A stretch of 64,000 nt of DNA from an uncultured Methanosarcinales archaeon (GTDB lineage: Archaea; Nanobdellota; Nanobdellia; Woesearchaeales; JAGLXL01): positions 26,147 to 90,146 of the forward strand of contig CAYLKE010000003.1 in the NCBI GenBank assembly GCA_964384425.1, in the 5' to 3' direction. Each line of letters opens with the position of its first letter. The stretch's first letter is position 1. Positions 1-8,959 of the stretch are shown here, in pieces. Both the position numbers and the translations under genes were made by a program. The notes under the pieces were generated by a model. That model saw nothing but the letters and a program-made list of their open reading frames with translations, was not told the origin of the DNA and made no database searches.

Positions 1-630
1 ATTAGAATCATCAAAATCATCAAGAGAATATTGAATTATTTTTGGAACCCTATCTTTATATTCAACATAAATTGTTGCTTTTTTTATAATAGTAAATTCT
101 CCATCTGAAACTGTTAATGAAACATTATATTTTCCACTATCACCTAATATAGTATTCCATTTTCCATTTTCATCAAGAGGATATGAAAAATCAATATCTA
201 AATTGTCATTATCAATATCATTAATATTATATACTACTTCAATACTATCTCCTTCTTCAATCCAATATTCTGGCTGTAATTCTACATCAGGTGCTTTGTT
301 TTTTGCCTCAACCACTAACAATACCTTTTCTTCAATAATATGTTTAGCATCAGATATTGAAATATTTATAACATACTCTCCTCTATCTCCATAATCTGTC
401 TGCCATTCCCCATTTTCATCTAAAGGATAAGAAAATTTGTAATATACATCATCTCCATCAGGATCAATAACAAGAGGTTTTATTTTAACAAACTCTGTTT
501 CTTTGACAATTATTGTTTTTAGATAAGGATTGTCTGCATAAGATATATAAGAATAAGAAATAGTAAATATTAATGAAAACAAAATTATAGCAAATACAGC
601 TTTTTTGATTTTTTGTTTATTGTTTTTCAT
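1..630 (-). CDS. Surface/secreted repeat protein, N-terminal part (runs off window start)
   Basis: Own translation from ATG at 630 gives MKNNKQKIKKAVFAIILFSLIF (signal anchor). Two ~90-aa modules follow with DPDGD...YPLDENGEWQTDYGD.GEY, an Ig/cadherin-like signature. The frame is open to position 1 and the protein is a paralog of 673..1779. Confidence 0.6.
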   Translation of the reverse strand, partial: MKNNKQKIKKAVFAIILFSLIFTISYSYISYADNPYLKTIIVKETEFVKIKPLVIDPDGDDVYYKFSYPLDENGEWQTDYGDRGEYVINISISDAKHIIEEKVLLVVEAKNKAPDVELQPEYWIEEGDSIEVVYNINDIDNDNLDIDFSYPLDENGKWNTILGDSGKYNVSLTVSDGEFTIIKKATIYVEYKDRVPKIIQYSLDDFDDSN

Positions 631-672
631 ATTATATCAAAAATATTTTAAAAAAATAAAAAATAAAAGTTC

Positions 673-1779
673 TTATTCAAGAACTATGTCCATTATTTCT
701 GGAGGCATGTTTACATCATTTACAATAAGAGTTATTTTTTCTTCTGTAATGTCTTGTCCATCATCTGCAGTTATTGTTACAATATATTCTCCATTTTCAG
801 TATAACCTATCTCCCACACTCCATCATTTCCAACAGGTTGAGAAATAGATATGTCAACTTCATCTCCATCTGGATCTGTAACAACTGGTGAAAGTTCAAG
901 TGTCTCTCCTTCATTAATAGATATTTCTTTTTCTATATTTGCAATTTCAGGAGCCCTATTAACATTTTCAACATAAAGTTTTGTTGTTTCTGAAACTTTT
1001 GCTTCTCCATCATCAGCAGTTATTGTTATTGTATATTCTCCTGCACTTTCATAATCTGTCTGCCATTCTCCATTTTCATCTAAAGGTTTTGAAAAAGTGA
1101 TTTCAACATAATCTTTGTTTTTATCTAATACTTTTGGGGACAAAGATACAATTTCTGTTTCTTTAATTTTTATCTCTTTAGGTACATCATTTATTTCAGG
1201 AGGAACATTTTTCTTTTCAACAACAAGTAATATTTTTTTATCATTTGAATGTACTCCATCTGTAACACTTATTGTGACTTCATATTCACCTGCATCAGCA
1301 TATTCTGTCTGCCATAAACCATTTTCATCTAAAGGTTCTGAAAATGAATATGATAATGTATCTTCATCTTTATCTGATGCTTTTATTGTTAAATTGATTA
1401 ATTCGGTTTCTTGAACAGTAATTGTTTTAAAATAATCATTACTATCATCAACATCATCTATAACTTCTTCATCTATATTGATTTCTTGTTCATCTTCTTT
1501 AGAAATTTCTGAATCTTCTTCTACAAGATTATCATCTAACACTTCTTCATTTACTAAATCATCATTAGTTGTATTTGTATTTTGTGCATCAACTTCATTT
1601 GTATTTTCAATTGTCTGTTGAGCATCTGTATTTTCAAGTTGTTGTTCTAATGCTTTTAATTGTGCATCAATATCATCTTGTTGTTCTATTTCCTGAACTT
1701 GTGATGAACAAGAAGCTATAAATAACACTAGAATAAATGTTAAAATTATATTTGTTTTCTTAAACATTCTGACCCCCAT
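673..1779 (-). CDS. Putative surface lipoprotein with acidic linker and tandem Ig/cadherin-like repeats
   Basis: N-terminus has a hydrophobic segment plus FIASCSS (lipobox-like), then a D/E/N/Q-rich linker. At least three repeats carry PLDENG.WQT.Y..AGEY..TI...DG. Confidence 0.6.
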   Translation of the reverse strand: MGVRMFKKTNIILTFILVLFIASCSSQVQEIEQQDDIDAQLKALEQQLENTDAQQTIENTNEVDAQNTNTTNDDLVNEEVLDDNLVEEDSEISKEDEQEINIDEEVIDDVDDSNDYFKTITVQETELINLTIKASDKDEDTLSYSFSEPLDENGLWQTEYADAGEYEVTISVTDGVHSNDKKILLVVEKKNVPPEINDVPKEIKIKETEIVSLSPKVLDKNKDYVEITFSKPLDENGEWQTDYESAGEYTITITADDGEAKVSETTKLYVENVNRAPEIANIEKEISINEGETLELSPVVTDPDGDEVDISISQPVGNDGVWEIGYTENGEYIVTITADDGQDITEEKITLIVNDVNMPPEIMDIVLE

Positions 1780-1972
1780 TTTTTGATTTTCATTTAGTTG
1801 TTATCCTTAAATAGTTATTAAGTATTTCTATTTTAGAATAGTCTCATCTTTTTAAATATTGTTGGTATGTTTTAATTGAATTTTAGAATATAAATTACAA
1901 ACTTAGTAATTATATTATATACTACTTAAGAATATTATAATTTAAATATAACTAATTTAATTTTTATTAAAA

Positions 1973-3205
1973 ATGAGCTTATTTAAGAAATTATTTCGAA
2001 AGAATGAAAAAAAGATAGATTGGCCAAGAATAGATATAAATTCAAGTAGATTTCTTTTTGAAAGTCCAAATATAATATATAAGACAACAGGTCAAAGACA
2101 TAAAAAAATTGTTTATACTATCTGTGGTGAATTAATACCTAATGATATTACAATAAACATATCTCCTTTACAAACACCAGATAAATACTTACCAGTTGTC
2201 AAATTTATAGGAGATGAAATAAATGGAAAGTATAAGAATATATATAAAAAAGATTTTGAAAAAAATATTTATTTAAAAGGCATATTTGATTCAAATGAAA
2301 ATATAATTAATTCCTTATTAGATAAGAATGTGATAAATAATAAAATATTTTATACAGAATATGAAGGATATGAATTTGATAGTATAAATAATAATTATAA
2401 AAAAAATAAAAATAAACAATATCATGGGGAAAATATACAAGACATACCCAGATTTAAAAACAATATAAAATCAACCGAACCTATACAAAAAGTTTATTCT
2501 GATAATGAAAGGTTTATGAAATTTGCAAATGAACTTGAAGAAAAAAACATAATTGATTCAATTGAATATTTGATACAACTTGAAGACAACCACATATATA
2601 AACTAAAATTAATCAGTACCAAAAATAATAAACGATTAGTTGAAGGTAAAGAACAATTCACACTTACAGGATTAACAAACCCATTATATGCAAAATTACA
2701 ATTTATAGGTTATGATAAATTGGATAGGGATGATGTAAATGAAATGTATGAAAAAAAATATCAATTAAAAAATAATTCTGAAAAAGATGATATGGAAAGT
2801 TTAAATGCACTTATTGATAATTCTTACAAGGAATCTATAGAATTTGTTAAAGACATACAAAATCAAAGTATATTATCTATAAGACATAAACAACTTGAGA
2901 ATTGTATAGAATCTATGGCTTATTATGGATCTAGTGTTTCTGCAAGAGGTACAACTGAAAAAAATTTTACTATGAAAGATAACACTTGTTATATAAGAGA
3001 TTATAGTAAGATAATTAGAGATCTTGATAATAAAACTGCTATAGGTCAAAGTATTTATTTTCTTATATATCAAACAAAAAAAACACATGATTTTAATGAC
3101 ATAAAAAAACTTATGGAACAAAAACCAACAGTAATTTGGGGTAATAGTCCAAAATCATATAAAACAAGTGGAAAAATAAAAAAGATATATAAGAGAATAA
3201 TATAA
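1973..3205 (+). CDS. Hypothetical N/K-rich protein
   Basis: 410-aa ORF with no motif I can recognise. Confidence 0.4.
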   Translation: MSLFKKLFRKNEKKIDWPRIDINSSRFLFESPNIIYKTTGQRHKKIVYTICGELIPNDITINISPLQTPDKYLPVVKFIGDEINGKYKNIYKKDFEKNIYLKGIFDSNENIINSLLDKNVINNKIFYTEYEGYEFDSINNNYKKNKNKQYHGENIQDIPRFKNNIKSTEPIQKVYSDNERFMKFANELEEKNIIDSIEYLIQLEDNHIYKLKLISTKNNKRLVEGKEQFTLTGLTNPLYAKLQFIGYDKLDRDDVNEMYEKKYQLKNNSEKDDMESLNALIDNSYKESIEFVKDIQNQSILSIRHKQLENCIESMAYYGSSVSARGTTEKNFTMKDNTCYIRDYSKIIRDLDNKTAIGQSIYFLIYQTKKTHDFNDIKKLMEQKPTVIWGNSPKSYKTSGKIKKIYKRII

Positions 3206-3212
3206 TTGCTTC

Positions 3213-4337
3213 TTAGATCTCATTCAAAAGATTTCTAAAATTCTTATCAGTTCTATTTTTCTTATATATTCTTGCGAGTTTTCTTACTTTCAAAGGTTTA
3301 TTTACAAGATGGTATTGTGTTATAAATTGTATAAATTGAGTAACATTTTTTGTTTTTTCAGTTTTATGACATCTTTCAAAATCAATAAAAACAGGTTTAT
3401 TTTTTATGATAATATGTTTTATAGGATGGTGCATTTCTTTTTTATTTACTCCAATATCATCCATTCTCCTACATTGTCTTAGTATGTCTTTTAATATACT
3501 TTTAGTTTGTTTAGGATTATCATTGATGAATTTAAAAATATTTTTACCTTCTACAAATTCATAAACAAGCATCTTATTTGTATGAAAAAGATAATTAGGT
3601 CCAATATCAATCTCATTCATTTTTTTCATCCAATATGTTTCTTTTTTTATAACATCTTTAGCTTCTGTTTTTGGATTTTTTATTTTGATAGCAACCTTTT
3701 TTCCATCATATATTCCAGTATAAATTTTACCTCTTTTTCCTTTTGTAAAATATCTAATTTTAGTTATATCTTTTTTATTCATATATTTTAATATATTTGA
3801 TTTTTTAACAGAATAAGTGTAAAGTGTCTCAAATGAAACTTTTTTTGTTCCCAGTAAGCGAGATTCAAAAAGATTATTTTCTATAATTTCATCTACTTTA
3901 TTTTTTTTTGTTAATGAAGAAAATACAATCAATATCCTACCATCATCTTTTAGAAAATCATTTACTTCTGAAAAAAATCTTGCAATAAGTTCATATCCTT
4001 TCTTTCCCCCAGTAGTTGCTGTTCTTGAATCAAGAGGCTCACGTTTATCTTCAGGCAAATAAGGAGGATTAAAGATTATTGTATCAAATTTTCCATTAAT
4101 TTTATCAAATAAATCAGAAACAACAAAATTTATTTTATTTTTTTTAATATTCTTTCGGCAATGATTTATAGATCTTTTACTGATATCAACCGCAACAACA
4201 TTTTTAGTTTTCTTATTAGAAAATGCTTCTGCAGCTTGGATACCTGTTCCTGTTCCAACATCCAACACATTTCCTGCTGCATATTTCTTTACAAAACTCT
4301 GAAGTAAATAAGAGTCTTCTGCAGGCTGATATATCAT
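3213..4337 (-). CDS. Fusion of HemK/Mtq2-type N5-glutamine methyltransferase and small Ser/Thr-kinase-like (Bud32/RIO/COG2112-like) domain
   Basis: N-terminal half has SAM motif LDVGTGTGIQA and catalytic FNPPYLP. C-terminal half has GKRGKIY...KKVAIKIK (Gly-loop plus VAIK-like Lys) and a short kinase-like core. Confidence 0.6.
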   Translation of the reverse strand: MIYQPAEDSYLLQSFVKKYAAGNVLDVGTGTGIQAAEAFSNKKTKNVVAVDISKRSINHCRKNIKKNKINFVVSDLFDKINGKFDTIIFNPPYLPEDKREPLDSRTATTGGKKGYELIARFFSEVNDFLKDDGRILIVFSSLTKKNKVDEIIENNLFESRLLGTKKVSFETLYTYSVKKSNILKYMNKKDITKIRYFTKGKRGKIYTGIYDGKKVAIKIKNPKTEAKDVIKKETYWMKKMNEIDIGPNYLFHTNKMLVYEFVEGKNIFKFINDNPKQTKSILKDILRQCRRMDDIGVNKKEMHHPIKHIIIKNKPVFIDFERCHKTEKTKNVTQFIQFITQYHLVNKPLKVRKLARIYKKNRTDKNFRNLLNEI

Positions 4338-4446
4338 ACCTTATTATGTATACCTTCTTTGTTTATAGTATTTATTAACTACGATTTAGTACTTAATATT
4401 TAAATAATTTAGCAAGATTTTTAAACTATCTAAAAAAAGATATCTT

Positions 4447-4848
4447 ATGGAAAAAGTTTTTTTTGTTAATATAAGATATAAAAAAGAACCTAAAAAAAAA
4501 GATATAAATCAAAAACTTCTTTTATTGGGTAATGCATTAGGTTTATTTAGTGCAAGAGATAAAGATAAAAGTCGTTTTAGGATATTTATCTCTCTCTTGA
4601 AAGCAAGAAAAAGAGGAATACTTCTTAGTTCTGATCAGTTAGCACACACATTACATTTAACTAGAGGAACAGTTGTACATCATCTGCATGAACTTATGGA
4701 TCAAGGAATTGTTGTTATTTATGATGGAAGATACACATTAAGATCTGATTCAATAAAAGGAATAGTGGAAAAGATTGAAGAAGATGTAGTTAAAATGATG
4801 AGTAATGTCAAAAGATTAGCAAAAGAAATAGATAATGAGATGGAGTAA
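4447..4848 (+). CDS. Winged-HTH transcriptional regulator (ArsR/TrmB-like)
   Basis: LSSDQLAHTLHLTRGTVVHHLHELMDQGIVV is a typical HTH recognition segment. Confidence 0.5.
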   Translation: MEKVFFVNIRYKKEPKKKDINQKLLLLGNALGLFSARDKDKSRFRIFISLLKARKRGILLSSDQLAHTLHLTRGTVVHHLHELMDQGIVVIYDGRYTLRSDSIKGIVEKIEEDVVKMMSNVKRLAKEIDNEME

Positions 4849-5006
4849 TCAACTTATTTTATATATTTTGTAATTTATTCTCTAATAATTATTGATTAAT
4901 TTTATATTTATGAGTAAAAATGCTTTTATGTTATTACTAAAAACTTTTTCAAATTCTACTATTATTTGTTTAGAAAAATTAAATATATAAAAATAATTAA
5001 AATAAA

Positions 5007-5462
5007 TTACTCTTCATTAGCTCTTCTAAGAACTCTTACAGATTCAATCTTAACAGTGATAGGTATAGGTACTGCTGCTTCTAATAATTCAACAACAACA
5101 TCTCCTTTTGTTTGATCTACTCTAACAACCTTTGCCTGTTCTCTTTTGAAAGGACCAGCTGTTAATTCAACAATATCACTTTTATTGATTTTAACTTCTG
5201 TTTTAACTTGTTCAAGCATATGATCTATTTCAGAATATTCAACATTACTTGCTAATAATCCTCTTGCATAAGGTATTCTTGAAATAGCTTTCTCAACATC
5301 ATTTCTTGTTTCTGCTTCGACAAAAATATATCCTTTCATACCTTGAGTTCTTATAATAGAATAAACCTCTATTTCTGGATGATTTTCTAATTTTGAGATG
5401 ATAAAGTCCATAACTTGATCTTCTCTGTTAGCTGTTGTTCTTAAAGCATATATTGTTGGCAT
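5007..5462 (-). CDS. spt5: Transcription elongation factor Spt5 (NusG family)
   Basis: NGN-like N-terminus (YALRTT.NRE..V) and a C-terminal KOW (GPFKREQAKVVRVDQTKGDVVVEL). Sits immediately downstream of secE, the conserved archaeal arrangement. Confidence 0.85.
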   Translation of the reverse strand: MPTIYALRTTANREDQVMDFIISKLENHPEIEVYSIIRTQGMKGYIFVEAETRNDVEKAISRIPYARGLLASNVEYSEIDHMLEQVKTEVKINKSDIVELTAGPFKREQAKVVRVDQTKGDVVVELLEAAVPIPITVKIESVRVLRRANEE

Positions 5463-5471
5463 TTTTTCTCC

Positions 5472-5684
5472 TTAAAATAATAATTGTTTTGTTATAGTAA
5501 ATAAAAATCCAATAAACCCAATTGCTAGAATTCCTAATCCTGCTACTTTTACAACTGTTAGATATTCTTTTTTATTTGGTTTACTAATTATTTTCATTAT
5601 TCTTACACATTCCTTAAGAAAGTGTTTAGCTTTTCCGAATATTCCCATTTTTATCTTTTTTTGAGTTTTATTTGTATTTCTCAA
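5472..5684 (-). CDS. secE: Preprotein translocase subunit SecE/Sec61-gamma
   Basis: Small protein with a single C-terminal TM (VAGLGILAIGFIGFLF), adjacent to spt5. The true start may be the internal Met at 5648. Confidence 0.7.
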   Translation of the reverse strand: MRNTNKTQKKIKMGIFGKAKHFLKECVRIMKIISKPNKKEYLTVVKVAGLGILAIGFIGFLFTITKQLLF

Positions 5685-5837
5685 TACTTTAACCTTGTTT
5701 TGTTAAAATATATAAGAATATATGTTAATAATATAAGCTATTTATAAAAGTTTTGGTGGATTACTATAAAATTGTTATTTATTTTATTATTTTAGTTAGA
5801 TAAAAACACGCCGCTTTGTTTGTGCTTTTATTCTTTA

Positions 5838-5864
5838 AATAAAAAAACACGCCGAGAGGGGGAT
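5838..5864. repeat. Direct repeat of the tRNA-Ser 3' end plus flank (partner at 6037..6064; shorter third copy 5802..5813)
   Basis: aaataaaaaaacacgccgagagggggat occurs identically at both sites. The second copy overlaps the last 15 nt of tRNA-Ser. Confidence 0.8.
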
Positions 5865-6049
5865 GTAAACGAAACTTGTCAACAATTTGTGAAAAAATTA
5901 CAAATTCTCGAGCACATCCTTGTTTTGAAGTTAATGGGATGTTTTGAAAAAGTTTATATGAAAATCATAGATTTTCAATTCTCCAAACAAGTTTGAAGAC
6001 ACCAAAATGAAGTATTTCGCTTTGCTCAATACCAATAAATAAAAAAACA

Positions 6050-6131
6050 CGCCGAGAGGGGGATTTGAACCCCCAATCCCAAAGGGACCAGCTTAGCAGG
6101 CTGGCGCAATACCAGATTATGCGATCTCGGC
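6050..6131 (-). tRNA. tRNA-Ser (anticodon GCT), type II with long variable arm
   Basis: Hand-folded: acceptor GCCGAGA/TCTCGGC, anticodon arm CCAGC-CTGCTAA-GCTGG, variable arm CCC-TTT-GGG, T arm GGGGG-TTCAAAT-CCCCC, discriminator G. No encoded CCA. Confidence 0.85.
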
Positions 6132-6191
6132 ATGATAAAACAATCAGAATCCCTAGCCTTCTCTTTTTAAGACAGCTTCAGTTAAAAAACA

Positions 6192-6293
6192 TGGGTCCGA
6201 GGGGATTTGAACCCCCGACCACCAGCTGTCTTAGATTTGTGTAGAACACAGCCTTATAAGACTGGCGCTCCAACCAGACTGAGCTACGGACCC
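6192..6293 (-). tRNA. Intron-containing tRNA, best read as tRNA-Ile (anticodon TAT) with a 27-nt intron after position 37
   Basis: Acceptor GGGTCCG/CGGACCC, D arm GCTC..GAGC, anticodon stem CCAGT/GCTGG, T arm GGGGG-TTCAAAT-CCCCT. 34 nt lie between the anticodon-stem strands; CTTATA|27 nt|A gives a 7-nt loop with U33 and anticodon TAT. Confidence 0.7.
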
Positions 6294-6302
6294 AGTATGA
6301 AG

Positions 6303-6375
6303 CGCCCCGAACCGGATTTGAACCGGCGACCTGACGGTTAACAGCCGTCCGCTCTAACCACTGAGCCATCGGGGC
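6303..6375 (-). tRNA. tRNA-Asn (anticodon GTT)
   Basis: Hand-folded 73-nt cloverleaf: GCCCCGA/TCGGGGC acceptor, GACGG-CTGTTAA-CCGTC anticodon arm, GCCGG-TTCAAAT-CCGGT T arm. Confidence 0.9.
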
Positions 6376-6404
6376 AATATTAAATAAGAATTATTAAGAG
6401 TTTA

Positions 6405-6413
6405 TTTATAAAT
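6405..6413 (-). promoter_or_regulatory. TATA box for the tRNA cluster
   Basis: tttataaat lies 30 nt upstream of the tRNA-Asn 5' end on the minus strand. Confidence 0.5.
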
Positions 6414-6420
6414 TTAACTC

Positions 6421-8523
6421 TTATTCAAGGGGCACATTGCTCCAAAATTTCCAATCTTCACTTGGACTATATGCTCCAATAACATGATAAGTTGGATTTG
6501 CTCTCCCATGATAAGCATTATGTACATTATTCCATGTGGGGCCAGTGATTCCATCAGATGAGAATCTTCCCAATCCTCCTACATTCATACCTAAATTCTT
6601 CCAAGTTTTAACTAATCCATGGAAATCTTTTCCACCAATTGTTGCATCAGCACCTGGCTCTATAACCATCTGTCCATTGAAACCTTGTTTTTTCATTCTT
6701 CTTATCATTTCTTTAACAGGAGTATTTCCATCTCCAGGTGAAAGATGCTCGTCACTATATCCAAAATTATCAACAAGATGTACTGATCCAATTCTATCAT
6801 TTTTTGCCATTTCTTCTGTTTTTTCAAGCAACCACTCATCAAATTCTTTTTGATTCTCCTCAACAGATTTTTTAGGATCTCCTTTCCAATATTTTCTCCA
6901 CATATTAAGATGTCCTGTATCAAGATGTCCTTTAATATGTTTTTTTGCAATTTTCATAGCCTCATTTTTAGATAGTTTATTTTCTTTCATAAGTTTATTA
7001 GCCATTGTTTTTCTCGCACCATCTACAAGTTTTATCCATTCATCTGGATGAGCACCATATGTTTCTGGAAATATATTTTCCATAGCGACGAATATAGGTT
7101 TTTTTAATTTTCCTTGTTTCTCAAGTTGTTCTGACTGCCTCATAGCTTTCATTCCTGCTTGAGCATACCCATCAAATGATCTTTTTAATGCATAATCTTC
7201 AACATTCTCCACATTTTGTATAAAGTTCTTATAATCTTTAACTTGAGTCATCTGACCCACAACACTAGTTTTAAGGTGATTTATTTGATTATCTATTTGA
7301 GATATCATAGAATTCATTTTATCTATCTTTTTTATTTTTCTACCCATTTGATCCATTTCATATAATGAAGCCTTATCCTCTTCAGATGTTGCTCTTTCCT
7401 CTATCATTTTAAGGGTTTCTCTCTGTTTCTCAATAGTTTGCTTTTCTTCAATAAGTTTCTTTATATCACTATCTTTTTTATAATAATTTGCCCAACCTTC
7501 TGCAGTTGCTATTTGATTTTCAAGTGTAGCAATAAAGTATGCTTCTTCAGGTTTTATGTGAATCTGACTAGGAGAAGAATATTCATTATTAAGAAATCTT
7601 TTCCAGGTAGAGTTATTAAATTCTTCTTGAGACATTTCTCCATTTTTCCATCTTTTCCATTCCTCTCTTGCCTCATTTGTGAGTTCTTTTGCTTCATCAT
7701 CAAAATATTCCCATTCTTGCATTTTGACTTCAAAATCTTTTTTATCAGGATCATATAATGGATGTCTTTCTGATCTATGCACTCTTTTATTTGCATAATC
7801 AGTGTATATATTATCATTTGCTTGAGCAACTTTTTTAGTTCCATCAAAATCAATGTATTCTTGGCCTTTTTTAGCCATCTGCCATTCAGGACGTGCAATT
7901 GCTTTAGATCTTTTAACTTGTTGTATTTCACCTGTTTCTCTATTTACAATCTGCATGACTTCTTCTTTTTCTTCATCTTCAAACATCTGAAATTTATCTT
8001 TCCATCTTCCATCCTTATTCCAGTTAGCTGACTGGACACCCCTATTAAACTCTCCGACATGAACAACAACATTTCCACCACGAGCAACGTCTGATGCAAA
8101 TTCAATAGCCCTATTTATTTCTCTCAAACCTTGTACTTGTTGTGCTTTAGAAAATCCTTGTTGTCCTCTTCCACTTAATCCAAAAACACCAACAGTTGCA
8201 TGTGTTCCAAATTCAACACCACTTGATTTCGCAATTTCTCTCAATGCTTGTCTCTGTTCTTTCCCATAAACTCCAGGAGTTTTTTGATTTCCTTGTGCTC
8301 TATCTACTCCACTAAAAGCAAGTTCTATTTTTTTTACACCAGTTCTTATCTTAGCTGCAACACCATGTGCATTATGTCCTGCAACACCAAATGGATGTGC
8401 CATTCCCACATCACTTAAAGAAAGTCCTAAATCATCTTCTTCAGCTTTTTGATTAGGTTCTGGATCACGATCTAAAGGATGAAAATAATTTATGTCGTGA
8501 AATTTGCCTCCGAAGTCAACCAT
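6421..8523 (-). CDS. Xylose-isomerase-like/AP-endonuclease-2-like TIM-barrel protein split by a ~330-aa charged insertion
   Basis: The N-terminal (...GGNVVVHVGEF) and C-terminal (HLDTGHLNMW..., GSVHLVDNFGYSDEHLSPGDG, MVIEPG) segments resemble sugar-phosphate isomerase/epimerase TIM-barrel strands. The middle is K/E-rich and coiled-coil-like. Confidence 0.4.
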   Translation of the reverse strand: MVDFGGKFHDINYFHPLDRDPEPNQKAEEDDLGLSLSDVGMAHPFGVAGHNAHGVAAKIRTGVKKIELAFSGVDRAQGNQKTPGVYGKEQRQALREIAKSSGVEFGTHATVGVFGLSGRGQQGFSKAQQVQGLREINRAIEFASDVARGGNVVVHVGEFNRGVQSANWNKDGRWKDKFQMFEDEEKEEVMQIVNRETGEIQQVKRSKAIARPEWQMAKKGQEYIDFDGTKKVAQANDNIYTDYANKRVHRSERHPLYDPDKKDFEVKMQEWEYFDDEAKELTNEAREEWKRWKNGEMSQEEFNNSTWKRFLNNEYSSPSQIHIKPEEAYFIATLENQIATAEGWANYYKKDSDIKKLIEEKQTIEKQRETLKMIEERATSEEDKASLYEMDQMGRKIKKIDKMNSMISQIDNQINHLKTSVVGQMTQVKDYKNFIQNVENVEDYALKRSFDGYAQAGMKAMRQSEQLEKQGKLKKPIFVAMENIFPETYGAHPDEWIKLVDGARKTMANKLMKENKLSKNEAMKIAKKHIKGHLDTGHLNMWRKYWKGDPKKSVEENQKEFDEWLLEKTEEMAKNDRIGSVHLVDNFGYSDEHLSPGDGNTPVKEMIRRMKKQGFNGQMVIEPGADATIGGKDFHGLVKTWKNLGMNVGGLGRFSSDGITGPTWNNVHNAYHGRANPTYHVIGAYSPSEDWKFWSNVPLE

Positions 8524-8560
8524 TTTAAATATAAAAATTAATTAATAAAAAATAATAAAA

Positions 8561-8845
8561 TTATTCCTCAATTGTATGAGGTGCTTGATGAGATGGTATT
8601 GCTGCTTTAGCTATTATCATTACATCGCCAACTGCCTTTACTAGATTATGTGGAATAATAACTCCTCTTGCATTATCCAATATTGATGTCAATAATGAAT
8701 TTTTAGTTGCTTTTATTTTCCAACTAGATACTTTATTAGGTCCTAGAATAGCTTCGTCAACATCACCAAAATAATACCCTTCATCTGTAAAGACTTTCAT
8801 ATCATAACAATGTGTGACTTTTCTTATTTTTAATACTCCTTTCAT
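8561..8845 (-). CDS. PRC-barrel domain protein
   Basis: 94 aa with V.TDEG...G.V.D..............I.. and a pattern typical of archaeal PRC-barrel proteins. Confidence 0.45.
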   Translation of the reverse strand: MKGVLKIRKVTHCYDMKVFTDEGYYFGDVDEAILGPNKVSSWKIKATKNSLLTSILDNARGVIIPHNLVKAVGDVMIIAKAAIPSHQAPHTIEE

Positions 8846-8959
8846 TTTTCCCCTCCTTTTGTTATTAGGTTTTTATAAATATTATTTTTATAGTATAAGA
8901 GTAATGCTTTTTAATTGTTTCTATTGTGCATAGTATTAATTAATATGTTTATATATAAT

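Noticed and set aside
6178-6369. 63-aa ORF in the track (MAQWLERTAVNRQVAGSNP...)
   Set aside because: It is the reverse-strand read-through of tRNA-Ile and tRNA-Asn. Its GC-rich composition comes from the tRNA genes, not from coding.
7438-8031. Several 80-125-aa ORFs inside and antisense to the 700-aa TIM-barrel gene (7438..7758, 7554..7931, 7777..8031)
   Set aside because: These are typical AT-rich shadow ORFs (F/I/L/K-rich, no motifs), fully contained in a longer ORF with recognisable motifs.
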